Origin: Chrysomallon squamiferum
Taxonomy: Eukaryota > Animalia > Mollusca
Direction: 5' to 3'
Length of the DNA: 64,000 nucleotides
NCBI GenBank assembly: GCA_012295275.1
Contig: CM022672.1
Coordinates: 30,256,001-30,320,000 of the forward strand
A program made the position numbers and the translations under genes. Positions 1 through 13,891 of this stretch are shown here, piece by piece. Every line of letters begins with the position of its first letter. The stretch's first letter is position 1. The notes below the pieces were generated by a model that worked only from the letters and a program-made list of their open reading frames with translations, was not told the DNA's origin and ran no database searches.

Positions 1-137
1 TGAAAATGTTTATACTTAAAACAGTATTTGCTGTTGGTTTGCTCTGTTGTGTTCATTTTAAATGATGTTGTATTTCTGTAATTGCTAATGAGGAACAGGT
101 AATTAAGAGCTTGCTTGCATGGAATTAAAACACTTAC

Positions 138-3100
138 ATTTAGGTCAATCATGGATGTTGTGTATGATCCTGAATCAACACCTGTAGTACCTTCAACTAG
201 AGAAAAACAAATTAACAAAAATATAATCATTAACATCTCTTTCTCTCACACAAAAAACACACATTCACTGACATACATAAATCTGCAAATACCTGCATAC
301 ACAAATGGTCTCATTTAAAAACAGGTTTAAAAAATGTTCACATTATAATGTTAACCTATTAGCTATCAAGAACTAAAACATGGAGCTTGTAACAAACTGT
401 ATCAAATGTTTTAGTTAATAAACTGGGCTGACTGTAAAGATTTCACCGATTTTCAGAAATGAAATACCAATCTATATTAAAAAAATAATGTCATTCAAAT
501 CAGACTATATTAAAAGGCAATTTAACACACCACAAAAATTCTTCATTTTTTTCTTTCTCACATAATTATGATAAGCTTCTGACTGGTGGAAAGTTTTCAG
601 TTCCTCAATATATCTTCTTTTATCTGCCTCGGCTTCATCTAGATATTTCTAAATTTAAAAAAAAGTAATTCTTACAATTAACCAAACAGATCTGAATATA
701 AAACAAAATAACATAAAATAAACAATTCTTCTTAAATACTTAATAATTTTATATACTGTCCTGTAAACAGATGAATTTTTTTAATAAATAAAACAAATGA
801 TTTTATATTTTATTTAATGAAAACCACATTTTTACAGCAATATTTAAAAGCACGTTTTAATATTATATTTTATTCTATCCAAATTCATAACTGTGATATT
901 TATTTTAATTAAAAATTTATATTAATTAAAAACTGTTTTGAATTTTAAATACATTAACTGATAGTGTATATATTTCTAACTTCATAACTGTGATATTAAT
1001 TTTATTTTAAAATATTTAGAATTTTTAATATTTTAATTGATAGTACATTTATTTTGACACCTAATAAACAAACTGTTGTTAGACATTCATCTATTCATTA
1101 AATGAAAAATAACTGTTTATTAATTCAAAACACAACTATTACTCACAACAAAGTAAATAAAAGGTTGAACGTAAATTTGCAAATACATCTACAAATAATT
1201 AGATTTTCCTCTAGCACAGACAGTTTTTTAGCATCACCTGTTTTTTTTCTGCTGGCATTGTTGACCATTCCTGACCAAGTATTTTAGTGACATCGGAAAA
1301 CAACATATCTGGATTACTTTCTTTAATTTCCTGTCTCCTATCTATAGCATATAATACATACCTAAAAAACAAATAAAAAACAACAACAATTAAAACAAAG
1401 CACGGCTATAAACCACTTGTCAACATGAAATAAAGAAATAACTGCTATCCCCAAAAATAAAAGATTTCACTTTATCATTAACATCTACAGATTTAAAATT
1501 TTTACTGTAATTATTAAAATTAATGTAATTATTTTCAAATGATTTGTTTCTTTTGACTTATTTGAAGTGTGTCAGTGGTGAGATGTATAAATGAATGCCT
1601 TAGAACCGGTGAGATGTGTGGTATGTCCCAAAAGAAATGATTTTGAATCATAAAGAAGTAGATGTTAAGAGCACGATCCATGCCTGAATGGTCTAACCCA
1701 TGTCAATCACATTTTTCTGTACCTACGAATAATTTTATGAATAATAAATCACTGAAATTAGAAATGCTTTTATTTCTTTACAAAAAATATAAATAAATAA
1801 AAACATTCTATGAATCAGACTAGGCTGGTTCCAAGCCCTTGAAAACAGTACAGTATATAAGTATTAATATCGAAACTACTAAAACAATTTCTAACTTCCA
1901 ACTAAGTCAACTTCTTTTTTGTTTTTTTGTTGTGAAACAAGTATTATATGGGGGCACATGTTTTATATAATTATATTTACATAATTCCAACTAGATTACT
2001 TTGTTTTATGATACTTACCCTGTCATGGGTGCTCTTGGTGTGTGAACTTCTGGTGAAGTCTTTCTCTTCTTTCCTTTTGGCCAACCTCCTTTTTTCTTCT
2101 AAATAAATGTGTGACAAACAGAAAACACTGAAACATCTATTAATGCACTTTTAAAAAAAAAAAAGAATTTGAGATAACCTACTAAAAAGCATTACATTAC
2201 AGTATTTTAGGAAAATAACATAACTTTAGGAAAAATATCTTTGCATAACATTACAGCTCGAGATTGATTCTATGAAAGAATTTGAGATAAACTATTAAAA
2301 GAAGTTATATTATAGCATGTAACTTTAGGAAAAATATCTCTGCATAACACTGCAGCTCTAGGTTGACTTATAAACAGATGAACTTGGTGAAAAAAAAGTT
2401 GAAAAGAATCTTAACTTAAACATTTAAGAGACTACATATATTCATCTTTAGTGCCTTATTACAAAACACTTCATTTATAATTTTCTATCTGCAGAATTTA
2501 TTAGGAAAACTGAATTTGTCTCAACTTATATTTAGCTTCTGTTCCAACAAATTTTATATTTATGTTTTCAAGTGTGCCTAGATGCTCTAAGTTTTGTTAT
2601 AAGTTCAAAACAGATGATGATCTGTCACATTTAGTATTTTCTACCTGATACCTGTTAAAAAGTTACATTAAAAATATAGAATACATCAAAATCATTCCTA
2701 AATTCATTCTCTATTTAGCAAGTTATTTTATTACATATTATAAATATGTAATGTATCAAAATCTTTTCTAAAATATCATTCTAAACATATTTGACATCTT
2801 CAAGCATTTATATTCAAAGAATGACAAATATTTTAAAATATCCCTAACACTTATTATATATATCTCTAACTTTTATTATGTATAGCTCTAACACTTATTA
2901 TATATAATCTATATATATATATTTTATCCCAAGACTACATCCTAATATGGTAATAATTTTATCCCAGCTGCATGAGAACAAAAATTGATAAAGTACCTTA
3001 ATTTCAATATTTTGCCCATTAGGCTGTAATGAGGTGTTTGTTGTCACTGTAGTTGTTGTCTCTGAAAGATGCGTGTCATGCACTAAACTGTCTGCAGCAG

Positions 3101-5099
3101 ACACAGCATCAAACATGTGACCTGACCGACTCTCTACACCAACAACATCACTGTCTGTGTTAGCACCATCAAACATATGACTAGTATCCCTGCACACCCC
3201 AACAATGTCAGTGTCAGCACTCACTGCATTGCTGTCAAACATACTACCAGTCTGTTGACATATGCCGACAACGTCACTGTCTGTTGTGACAACACCATTG
3301 TCAAACATGCTGCCAGGCTGCTGGCACACACTAACATCACTGCTGTGACTTGGTACAGAGCTGCTGTCAAATATATGTCCATGCTGATCATTCTCCACCC
3401 CATCCTCCTGTTGACAGGTAGAGAACAAAGAGGCTGAAAACATGTGAAATACAAATGAAACCGAAGAATGAATTAAAATACATAAAATACACACTTCCAA
3501 ATAACGAGTTTATTTGTGTCTGTCAATAATCTGACCACACTTTTGTTCATAAAAATAAACTCATGTCAAGGAGTCTGAGACTTGTTTTCTTGTTCTTTTT
3601 TATCATGAAACAAAATTTTGAAAAAATGTACAAATACAATTCTTGTCACTTACTATGACTCTACAGTTAATCAGCTAAGATTATGTCATGAATTACAATT
3701 TACCAGAAGACTAGATATATAATTGATATATTTATTACCTGGAAGAGGTATAAGTTGTCTCCCCTGATCATCTGCAGTTGTAGAAATGTTGGTATAGGAG
3801 ACACATCCAACGCCATCAGCAACTGACAACAACAAACTATAAGAAACCAGATAAATGCATCATTCTCAAAATCAAATTCTACTGACAACCACAATAAAAA
3901 CCAACGTTTAACAAATAAATGGACTGGGAATGGGGTTTGAATGGTAATTGATTCTGTGTAAACCTTCTGAAAACCTTAACTAATTTGACACTGTGAGTAA
4001 AAAGATTATGCCTTAAAATTAAATTTAGAAATAAATTAATAAAAATATATTTTACCTTAAAGTTACAACTGAATATTCAGTAGTCCTACTTTATGAGGCA
4101 CATAGAATACTATACAGCAGTTCATTGGAACCATAAAATATTGGTTTATATCTTTGATAGTTCACTGTTTTATTCATAAAGCAATAAATGTATAATTATA
4201 TATATATATTTTTTTTTTGTTAAAGACTTTATCCTAATAGTTATATAGTTTAAACTGACATCTGGTTTGAAATGTTAGTATCTACCTATACTCTGTGTAT
4301 TAAACTCTCATACTGGCACATTTGTTTGTTATTTTTCAATCAGTGCATATGAGTATATTTTTATGCATGTATATTTTTTACACAAACCACACAGATAAAT
4401 GCAACTAACTACAAAGTCAACCTACAAAATATAATCTCAAAAAGACTGTAATACAATAACAATAATCAGTAACATTTTAATCAAGTCTGTGTAAAATTCC
4501 ATCCTTAATTTTATAATGAAACTTCTAGAAAATTTTACTGAATTAGACAGACAATATTTTTCAATACTGGATGATCATTATGTTGCAGTGTCTTTGTGGA
4601 CACTTGGAGCATAGTGAAACTTATACTTGAGAGAAAAAAAAGTTGAACTTGGGAAATGTTTAAATGTGTTGTAATCAAAAACCAGTATTAAAGAAAACAA
4701 AATATTATATATCCTTACCAAGTATTTCATACAAGATTAATAACTAAAATAAACTTATAGTGAATGTTACAAAGAATACATTATAATTAAATACTAATTA
4801 AGTTTCAGTCTTTTATAAGAAGCATTCTGTATTGAAAAAATAAAAATAAAACATTACTGAAATGTTTTCCAGACTTACCCTCTGGATGTTTCCACTAAAA
4901 CTGCATTTTCAGAAATTAATGTTGATGCATCAGAAGGTGACATTTCAACTTTAACTTGAACAGCATCAGAAAAAGAACCAACTGTTGTTAATGGTATGGA
5001 ATTCAATGTCACATCGGCGCCATTCAGTGTAACAGTGTAAGTGCTTGTATTACATGGATCTGAATCAGTGCTGGTATATTTTATATCTTCGTTCATCAT
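138..5099 (-). CDS. HMG20A/B (iBRAF/BRAF35)-like HMG-box protein, 5' portion; 3' end outside the window
   Basis: Phase-consistent GT-AG exons: 5099-4879, 3836-3739, 3433-2997, 2098-2019, 1361-1238, 648-531, 196-138. The translation contains KKKGGWPKGKKRK...PRAPMTGYVLYAIDRRQEIKESNPDMLFSDVTKILGQEWSTMPAEKKQKYLDEAEADKRRYIEELKTFHQSEAY, i.e. the HMG20-type GWPKGKKRK motif followed by an HMG box. Confidence 0.85.
3050..3380 (-). repeat. Coding tandem repeat (about 22 aa / 66 nt, 5 units) in exon 3 of the HMG20-like gene
   Basis: The (M/I)FD anchor tcaaa(c/t)at recurs at 3109, 3169, 3235, 3301 and 3367. Peptide unit is roughly SMFD-x-V-x-DSDVVGVCQQ. Confidence 0.8.
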
Positions 5100-7721
5100 T
5101 ATTTTAAGTTGATGAACTGTATTATGTAACAGCTAACATAAAAAACATCATTTCAAACTTTATGACAGATTTCATGTGCAAAATCCGACACTTCTTCCTG
5201 TTTTTATAAAAAATATGGACATCAAAATATGTTTTGTTTTCTTTTTAAATTAACTCTGTCTCTACATATTTATGATAACTTCAATCATTTACAAACGAGG
5301 TTTTCGGGGTTTTTTTCTTCTTTTTTCTGGTTGGGCGAGGTGGGGTTATATTACTTATAGAGTGATTGAAACCGTTATCGGCGGTAACTTATTCTAATTT
5401 TTAGCCGTCTGCCATCCGTTTGTAAAACAAAATATAAAATGAAAGTAAGTTGAATGAAGTATTTACAAAATGAGAAATGCACTAAAAGTTCTGAGTATAT
5501 TATTATTAAATAACTATATCTTGAAGTATCAACTATTTTAATTGAATTTGTTTTCTCGTCACAAACAAGAAATCTACCAACACCATTTCCACAATCGTTT
5601 CGTTCGTTTGGTTCAATAAATTGTTCTTGGTTGTATTTTCCTCCGTTAAATGTTTAGTACCGGCGTTTCGCTAATAAAAATATTTAAGAAAAAAACAACA
5701 ACAACAAACAAAAAAACATACATAATAATAATAAAAAAAATATTATGGATCTTTAAAACTGTGGACATTAAACTATAGAAAATCAGTAAGACATTTCATA
5801 GGTTAGAGTCTCTATAAGGGCTCGATTTAGGTTGGATTTTTGGAATAATAAAAAACATATAAAATGATTGTTGACACAAATGTTACTAAAATATTCTGAT
5901 TTCAGTAATTTTGGTCCATTTTCATCGTTAAAGAAGATTTTAAACGTAATTCTCGTATTCACAATGTTATCCAAAACTGCTTTATGATTTTATTAAGCAT
6001 CTGTGAATCTAACTGAAGACAAATGAAGTTACCCGGACAAAACTACTGTAACCTCCAACACAAATCAGTTAACCTACTTTCTTATTAATATAACCTGCAT
6101 GCTTATGTTAATTTGTTAATTAAATTACTAACGATCCTGTTACTCTAAAAAAGAAAAGAAAAGAAAAGAAAAAAAGAAAAAAAAATGAACTGCGAAACAC
6201 GTGAAAGTACTCTATGAGATCGTGCATGAAAATACTAGCATAACTTAATATTGATATATACATTTAGTCAAGGAATGCTAAGGCTGAGTCAGATAAAAGT
6301 CAAGCTAGGAATTATTTTGTAAACCACGTTGGAATGACAGTAAATCCTCGACTGCCAGCTCTAGCTCCTACAAGATCGATGAAATTACATTGTGTCCAAC
6401 TGCATTTTATTTTATATATTCACATTTCAGAGTGACAGTTGAGAATGCTCATTTTAAAGAGTAACAATTAAGAATGCTTATTTTAAAAATTTACAATTGA
6501 GAATTCTACATTTAAACAGTGACGTTTGAGAATGTATGTTTTAATTGTAAAGTGATATTTTTAAAGAAATAAATGTCAACGAATTGTTTCTAGATGGTTC
6601 TGACAATTTCTCCACTCAGCGATATTTAATTATTATTGTTTTATGATAAATGCTAAAGGCCTATCAAACAAACTAAAATTACAGATCGAATTTTGTGTTC
6701 ACTATTTAATAATTAGTGCTTTTCGCCCCATGTTCAATTCACTGATACTTCAAATACCAGATACCAAGTTCATTTGCATGAAATCAGTTTATTATCAATT
6801 TGAATTCTTGAACGATGCCATCTTTCTGCCCCCTCCCCAATAATAAGTCAGTACTTGCTGTAATTTAGATTATATCTGAAACAAAATGTATACTTTATAT
6901 ATGCATGTGTGTGGAATGTGTGCGCGCGCGCGTGTGTGTTGACAGTCTGTATTATTTAATTTATGTATTACATACATTTTATTAACGTGAAAGAGATATC
7001 AGGTGACGGGCCCTCTCACACCTTTAGTAATTAATATCCATGGTAAAAAGGATGATAACGTGCATTTATATTTAGATAATTATATTTAGAAAAAGAAAAT
7101 GATGATTCTGCGTTTTCTAATTTTAACACATACGTGTATTTATTTCACGTTTGTGTCACGCCATATAACGGAGAGTCTGACTCAGATGTTAAAAATAAAC
7201 AATTGATTGGAAAGACTGCCAGTGAATTACGAGCATTTCCGAAGATATCCGAAATAAGTCAGTCGGCAACCAAGCGACCTTGTCCTTGACAAACAAAAGG
7301 TCATTATAATAGTCATTATTCATTTACATATCTGTGTCAGACAAAATAGTAAACAAATAATATTTTATGAATTACATGCAGTATTTTCTATGCATCATTA
7401 TGTGTATTGAATTTCGAACATTACATTTTTTATGACTACGAGAATATTTACTGTTACTAAGAATCAGTTACTACTTATTTTGCATTATTTTGTTCACAAA
7501 TGTTTGTAAACAGATCGCAAGAGTAGGAAGTAATATTCTCTAAACAGACTTCTTGTTAACTGCCGAGAATAATACTAAGATGCGATCGAACATTAATTAA
7601 TAATAACAGTACTACTCTTTTAAATAACACTGAGCTCAGATATGTACCTTAATGTTTGAGAGTGATGTATATGTATGTGTGTGTACGTATATACATACAT
7701 ACAGGTGTATACGTGTGTTAG

Positions 7722-7784
<63 letters not shown>

Positions 7785-7878
7785 TTGGCAGTTAATTGCC
7801 TCTGAAGATCTGCTGCTTCAATTACGTTTATCCAAAATATTTTCCAAAACTGACAAAAATTAAAAAAAGAAGAAAGTT

Positions 7879-7927
<49 letters not shown>

Positions 7928-8699
7928 CAATAACAACAACAACAACAAACAGACCACCAGTAAATACTAAAATTAAAATAAGCAAACACGCAAGCATGAA
8001 TAAACATACAACACTATTTTGAGGGGTTACAGTAATTACAAATATCAAACACACACACATGATTTTGCACTGAAATTTTTATAATGAAGAGTAATTAATT
8101 ACAAATAGATTATGTTTTACTGAAATAACAATTATTTTAATTCCATCTAGCTCCCTAGTGATAAATATGTCGCCTCATAGGTATTAATCGCAGCATTTAT
8201 TTTTCAAATTATAAATTATGTTATTTACCATTCAAGCTAATATTACAGTTATATTTATATTTCGTGAATTCACTGGGAATTACTCGACTTTACTAGGGAA
8301 GCTTTTGCAGATTAAATATTAAGCAATTTTAAATACGCTGGGATATGATTGGCCATGAAAAAAAAAGCAAATCACAGCTTTAAAGCTGGAACAGAATATT
8401 AGTCACATGATTCAAACAATATATGATAATTTTTCTTTCTTTCTTCATTTATTATTATTTCATATATTTCTTATTTATTTATTTATTTTTGGTTTTAAAT
8501 AGAGACACACAAACACACACGTGTGATTAACCATTACCATCGAAAACAAAACTGCAATCTGTATGTTATGGAAGTTTAGAACTGTAGATTATGATATATA
8601 TTTAAATTTAAATTGTTTATTAATGTAACAGTGTGTATGCTGATTTAATTTCCGTTTATAATGGTATTTTTGAGACCCTTAAATCTAATCGAGAAACTG

Positions 8700-8961
8700 G
8701 TTAGAAATCGCTGTCGGTTGTACGGCTAATAGCGCGGTGTCAGAGAAGTTGTTTTGAGGTCAGCCAATCGGATTTATTGCTGATGGAAGCAGGTTTACCT
8801 TGAAGTAAGAAGTAAACATCTAAAGCTGTAGAAGGTTTTGTTTTACGCGAACAGTGTGTGTGGCAGTTATTGTTTTCTGCTCTCTCTTCTTGTATTTACA
8901 GTTGTAAATACAGCTTTAATACCATTCAAGTTATTGTCGAGTGCATTTTCCTAAAAGAGCC
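8700..8961 (+). promoter_or_regulatory. Probable PDCD4 promoter / 5' UTR region
   Basis: Locally CpG-containing segment with a CCAAT box (cagccaatcgg, about 8761-8771) just upstream of the ATG at 8962. Confidence 0.35.
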
Positions 8962-11239
8962 ATGTCTAAAGCAAGTGTTAAAATGCATAATGGGTTAGTG
9001 CAAGATGGCGTTCTTCCAGAAATGAATGGAAATATTATAGAGCAAGACGATAATCCAGACAATAGCAACGAGAGGACTGTGAGAATTATCAAAAAAGCGA
9101 AACGACATATCAAGCAAAGGGCTGCAACGAATGGCAACGATACAGTTACTATTAACGTGGATAATAAAAGGCTACCGTTTTCTAAAAATAGCCGGAAATC
9201 AAGAGACGGAAGAGGACGAGGGTTGCCGAAGAAAGGCATGTTGTTTACAAGTTTATTTGCTTTGACATCTGACAAGATAATATGTCACATGATAATTTCT
9301 CTTCATTCAAGCTCCTATACACAAATATACACATGTATGCACAAAACGTACTGTACTGGCTTCATTAAACAGTGATAATATATGTTTTGATTCCAAAGTA
9401 CTAAGTGTGTTTACAAATAAAACAGTATTTATTTTGGTTTTTGAATAGCCTTTATTTCGCCCCTTATTTGAAGAGCATCCATAATGGATTTCGCTATCTC
9501 ATTTAAAAAATGTATTTTGTAACATTTTCTTGGTAGCTGTAAGTGCAGAATATGCAGGCATTTAATATTTATGAAGCTATAAAATGAATTATAATTAAAA
9601 TTTGTTTTATGTTTTATACTTAGGCTAATTTCGCGTAATACTAACTGTGTAACAGGTTTAATATAAAATTAAATGTTTTTATTATATAATTTTGTATGTG
9701 TGTATCAAAAAAGTTTATAATAATCATTTTAGTAATATTTTTTTTGTTCTCAGTTAATTGTTTGAGATCATGAATATTTCCATTTCAAATTTACTAATTC
9801 TGGCTTCATTATCAAAATATAGAAAAATGAAGCAAACCTGGACATCTAAAAAAAAAAAAAAAAAAAAAAAATAATAATAATAATAAAAAAAAAAAAAAAA
9901 CTAAATTTCATAAACATGAATTTTCATTTTCACAAACTTCACAAATGAATCATTTACTTTACTCTTTGATCCTGAAGCAAATTTTAAGGTAAATACATTT
10001 ATATTTTCCTTAAGTCCACAGGGTGAATTAAACATATAAGAAGTATGTATTATGAATTCTAATGAATAAGAGGTTTTATTAAATTTATTATTAATATATA
10101 TTTGTATACCAGTATTCAACTTGAACATCGTCAAAGTTGATGATGTCTAAATAACTGTCATTTACTGTAATTTAATCTAAAAAATAAAACATTGTTACAT
10201 ACAATTAAAGCAAATTATTAATAATGTTGTATCAGCTCTATTTTTGAAATTTAATTCACACTAAAAATATTTGGCATTTAGTTTGGCATTCGAAAATAAA
10301 TCCAGATGAAGACACCATACATGTGATTAGCAAACTGTAAAGATACATTAATCATTAGCAATTAGGAAAGAATTTCTGAGTGTAAAAATGTTTTATTCTA
10401 TGTTTAAATATTTTTTGTTCTTGAGCATATATAGATGATGCATATGGCATGTCTAATCTGCAGTCTCTGGTTTTGAGCCTGTTTACCTGAAGCTGCACAA
10501 CTTACTATAGATTATTATTTTATTTTTCTAAATGTAATAAATTTATCAGTTTACTAATTACTTGGATTGTTGTTAGTGCTTTAGATCTTTTAGGGCTATT
10601 TGTCGTTATATAAAATGAAGTTTATCCTGTTGCTATGGTGACGGGTTTCAGCAGTGATGAAAGTAATGGAAATGTGACAGATGGACAGATGAAAGACTGA
10701 CACAAATGACGCAGGTTGCAGTCTTTGTTCCAGACAACAACATCGTGTTTTAAATTGTCAAGGACAAATAAATGGAAAAATAAGATAGTCAGTAAAATCT
10801 GTAAATATCAAGTACTTCAAATACAGTTTTGATACTATTCCCCCCCAAAATTGCAGTTTTGATATTGCCATCCCAGTACATGTTGTGCAGCATAGCTGCT
10901 ACAGAAATCTTAGAAATCATCTGATTGAAGGTGATACAGTAATTTATAATAAAGTCCAGATTAATGTGCATATCTGATAAAAAAAAAAGGCCAAATTTTA
11001 TAAATCATTTAAAATCTTGCATCTTTGATTTTCTCAGCATGTTGAAAAATGGATGTTTGATGTTATATTCTACACATACTAAACCAGTAAATTAAACTGA
11101 ACCGAATGTTTGTAGCTTTACAAACCATTCTGGTTTTATAGTTGATTATTATGTCAAAGAGTATTATGACTGGAATGGAGTTATTTTGAAAAAAATAAAA
11201 AAATAATAATTATGATGATAGTAAAAAGTCTACTTTTAA

Positions 11240-11284
<45 letters not shown>

Positions 11285-12074
11285 GAAAATTTCATGACGA
11301 TAGGTTGATACCCTGGAAATAACGGTAGTAGAATATTACAGTTATTATATTAACAAATGGTTGTTTGTTGGAGGATAGAGGCAAAATGTTATGGATTGTC
11401 TTGTCAATACTTTAAGCATCCCATTTGTGTCAGTGGCAGTTTCTTTTTTAAAGGTTTGAAATGAAATAAATATCTCCACTATATTTCCCATTACCTCTTC
11501 CAAATAATGCCATCTTTTATGTTACAACAGACCAATTTAGGTAACATAGTCATATATCTTTTACCAAGTTATAATCATTCTTGACACATGAGCTCTGTGG
11601 GTTAAATAAACATGTATGTATTAATGTATATATTCCAGTGAAAATGACTGAAGTTCAGTGCAGTTTAATAATTAGAGTAATAATAGTAAATTTAAGTTAA
11701 GTTAGGCAAGAATTAAAGGCTTTCTTCTGCTTTTGACCACCAATGAATTAGAAGTGAACATTGTAAATTCTGTCCAGACTAAAACAATAAAAAATGTACT
11801 TGACCATCAGTTGTTTGAAAATAAGTGTCTTATATTAACACCTGAAAGTAGTTGCAATCTCAATTGTTAACATTGTGGCTGTTAAATACTGTTGGTTATT
11901 CCATTACATAATAAAGCTAAATTAATTAATTGTGACATTATATATTACAACAACTTAATGGTAGGCTATTCTGGTCTGAGGAGTATGGTTGTTAACAAAT
12001 TAATTCTATTTTCCATTCTATTGAAGCTCCATGAATGGTTTAACAAGTGTTACATGGTAGTTTTTTGTTTTGCG

Positions 12075-12111
<37 letters not shown>

Positions 12112-13860
12112 CTTTTTAATACATGTTTACATAATTTCTAATTAAAAAATATCTTGAAATTTGAAGTAAAGCTGATTATGTATTTCTGCTTTAATTAGTT
12201 TGGATGTAATCTGCTTTACTACAGTGTTTGAGATATTTTTTAATAACAGTACGTAAACTTGTATAAAAAAGAATCCCATAATGAATAGAATGCTTCTTGA
12301 AGCTTTTCAGTTAATCATGTAGTCACTGAACTAAGATCTTCTGTTGTTTTTTTTTATATAAAAATTTCTTGATGTTGTGGAGATTCAGTTTATGAACAGG
12401 AATAAATTTATAATTATGAATTCATTTTATGTTTAATTTCATTGAGGCTTTTTATATTTAGCTTTATAGGACATCAAGTTGTTTATGAATGTATTGATAC
12501 AAAAGGGATAAAATTTATAATTCTTATCTGTTTCGCTTATTTCAGTAATTGTTTTTCAGTCCAGGTTTTCAGCTGGGATATTACTGAAAATTTCAAGATT
12601 TCAGAATGGAATTAATAAAAACAGGGTGTGGTTAAAGTAACACCCTTTTTCATACATGTTTTTTATTATTATTATTATTTTATACTGTATAACTTCCTAT
12701 ATATTTTTTTGTTTCATTTTGTATAATTTTTGTATGTATTTTATAAACAGTATTTAAAATATATATATGTGTCTGTGTGTGCTTGTGTGCACATGTGTGT
12801 GTTAACCCATATTCCAGACTAAAAAAATAAAAATTTCTTAAAATTATTTGTTTATTAAGAAATAATGAACATTTTATTAACATGAAAAAGAATATATCAT
12901 TTTATTGAAGGATTTTGTTTTTATTTTTTTGTATTTCTAGGTGGTGCGGGAGGAAAGGGGGTATGGGGGAAGCCTGGACAGGAATTGTTTGAGGACAGCA
13001 GCGTGAAAGACGCACACGACCCCAACTACGATTCTGACAATCAGGTCAGTGTGACATAGTTAAACCTGCGAATAAATTGTTTAAAGGAGAATGAGTTGTT
13101 TAAAACAGCTTGAATAAGTTGGTCAAAAACAGCTTGAATAAGTTGGTTCAAAAGTGATTGAATAAGTTGGTTTAAAAGAGATTGAATAATAAGTTGGTTT
13201 AAAAGTAATTGAATAAGTTGGTTTAAAACAGCTTGAATAAGTTGGTTCAAAAGAGATTGAAAAATAAGTTTTAAAATGGTGAATAAATAAATCTGTTGGC
13301 TCTGTTAAATTAATCAGGATACGAATGGAGCTATGATAATGGTTGTCTAGATGAATAGATGAATAAATCTGACAGAAGAGTAACCAGGACGAACAAATTA
13401 ATCTAAATTAACAAAAAAAAAAAAAAAATGGAAATGATATTAGCTGTTACATTAAAGCAAGATTAATTAATAATTCAGAAATTTTTTTACTAAAGTGAAT
13501 TAATGCAAATAAATGAATATCATCAACTTTTTTAAATCTGATTTATCTACAGATCTATAAAACACCAATATAGTTTGTAACAGGAGTTTGTTTTGGGGAT
13601 GTATTCAATATAACACTGTTGCTTGGTTTACAGGGAACTTATGTCGTTGAAAAGATAAAACCAGAATTGACTCAGGAGGAATTTGAAAAAATAGTTGGAC
13701 CATTATTTTTGGAATATTTCCAACATGGCAGCACTCAGGATGTCATTGTAAGTAAATTATTATTAGAACTATTGTTGTTGTTATCATTACTGTTGTTATT
13801 GTTATTGTTGTTGTAATTTGTTTGTTATTGTTGTTGTTATTGGTATTATTAAGGTTATTG

Positions 13861-13891
<31 letters not shown>

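Noticed and set aside
10600-10790. Possible SINE/MITE fragment (gttgctatggtgacgg...)
   Set aside because: No TIR, TSD or second copy visible in the window.
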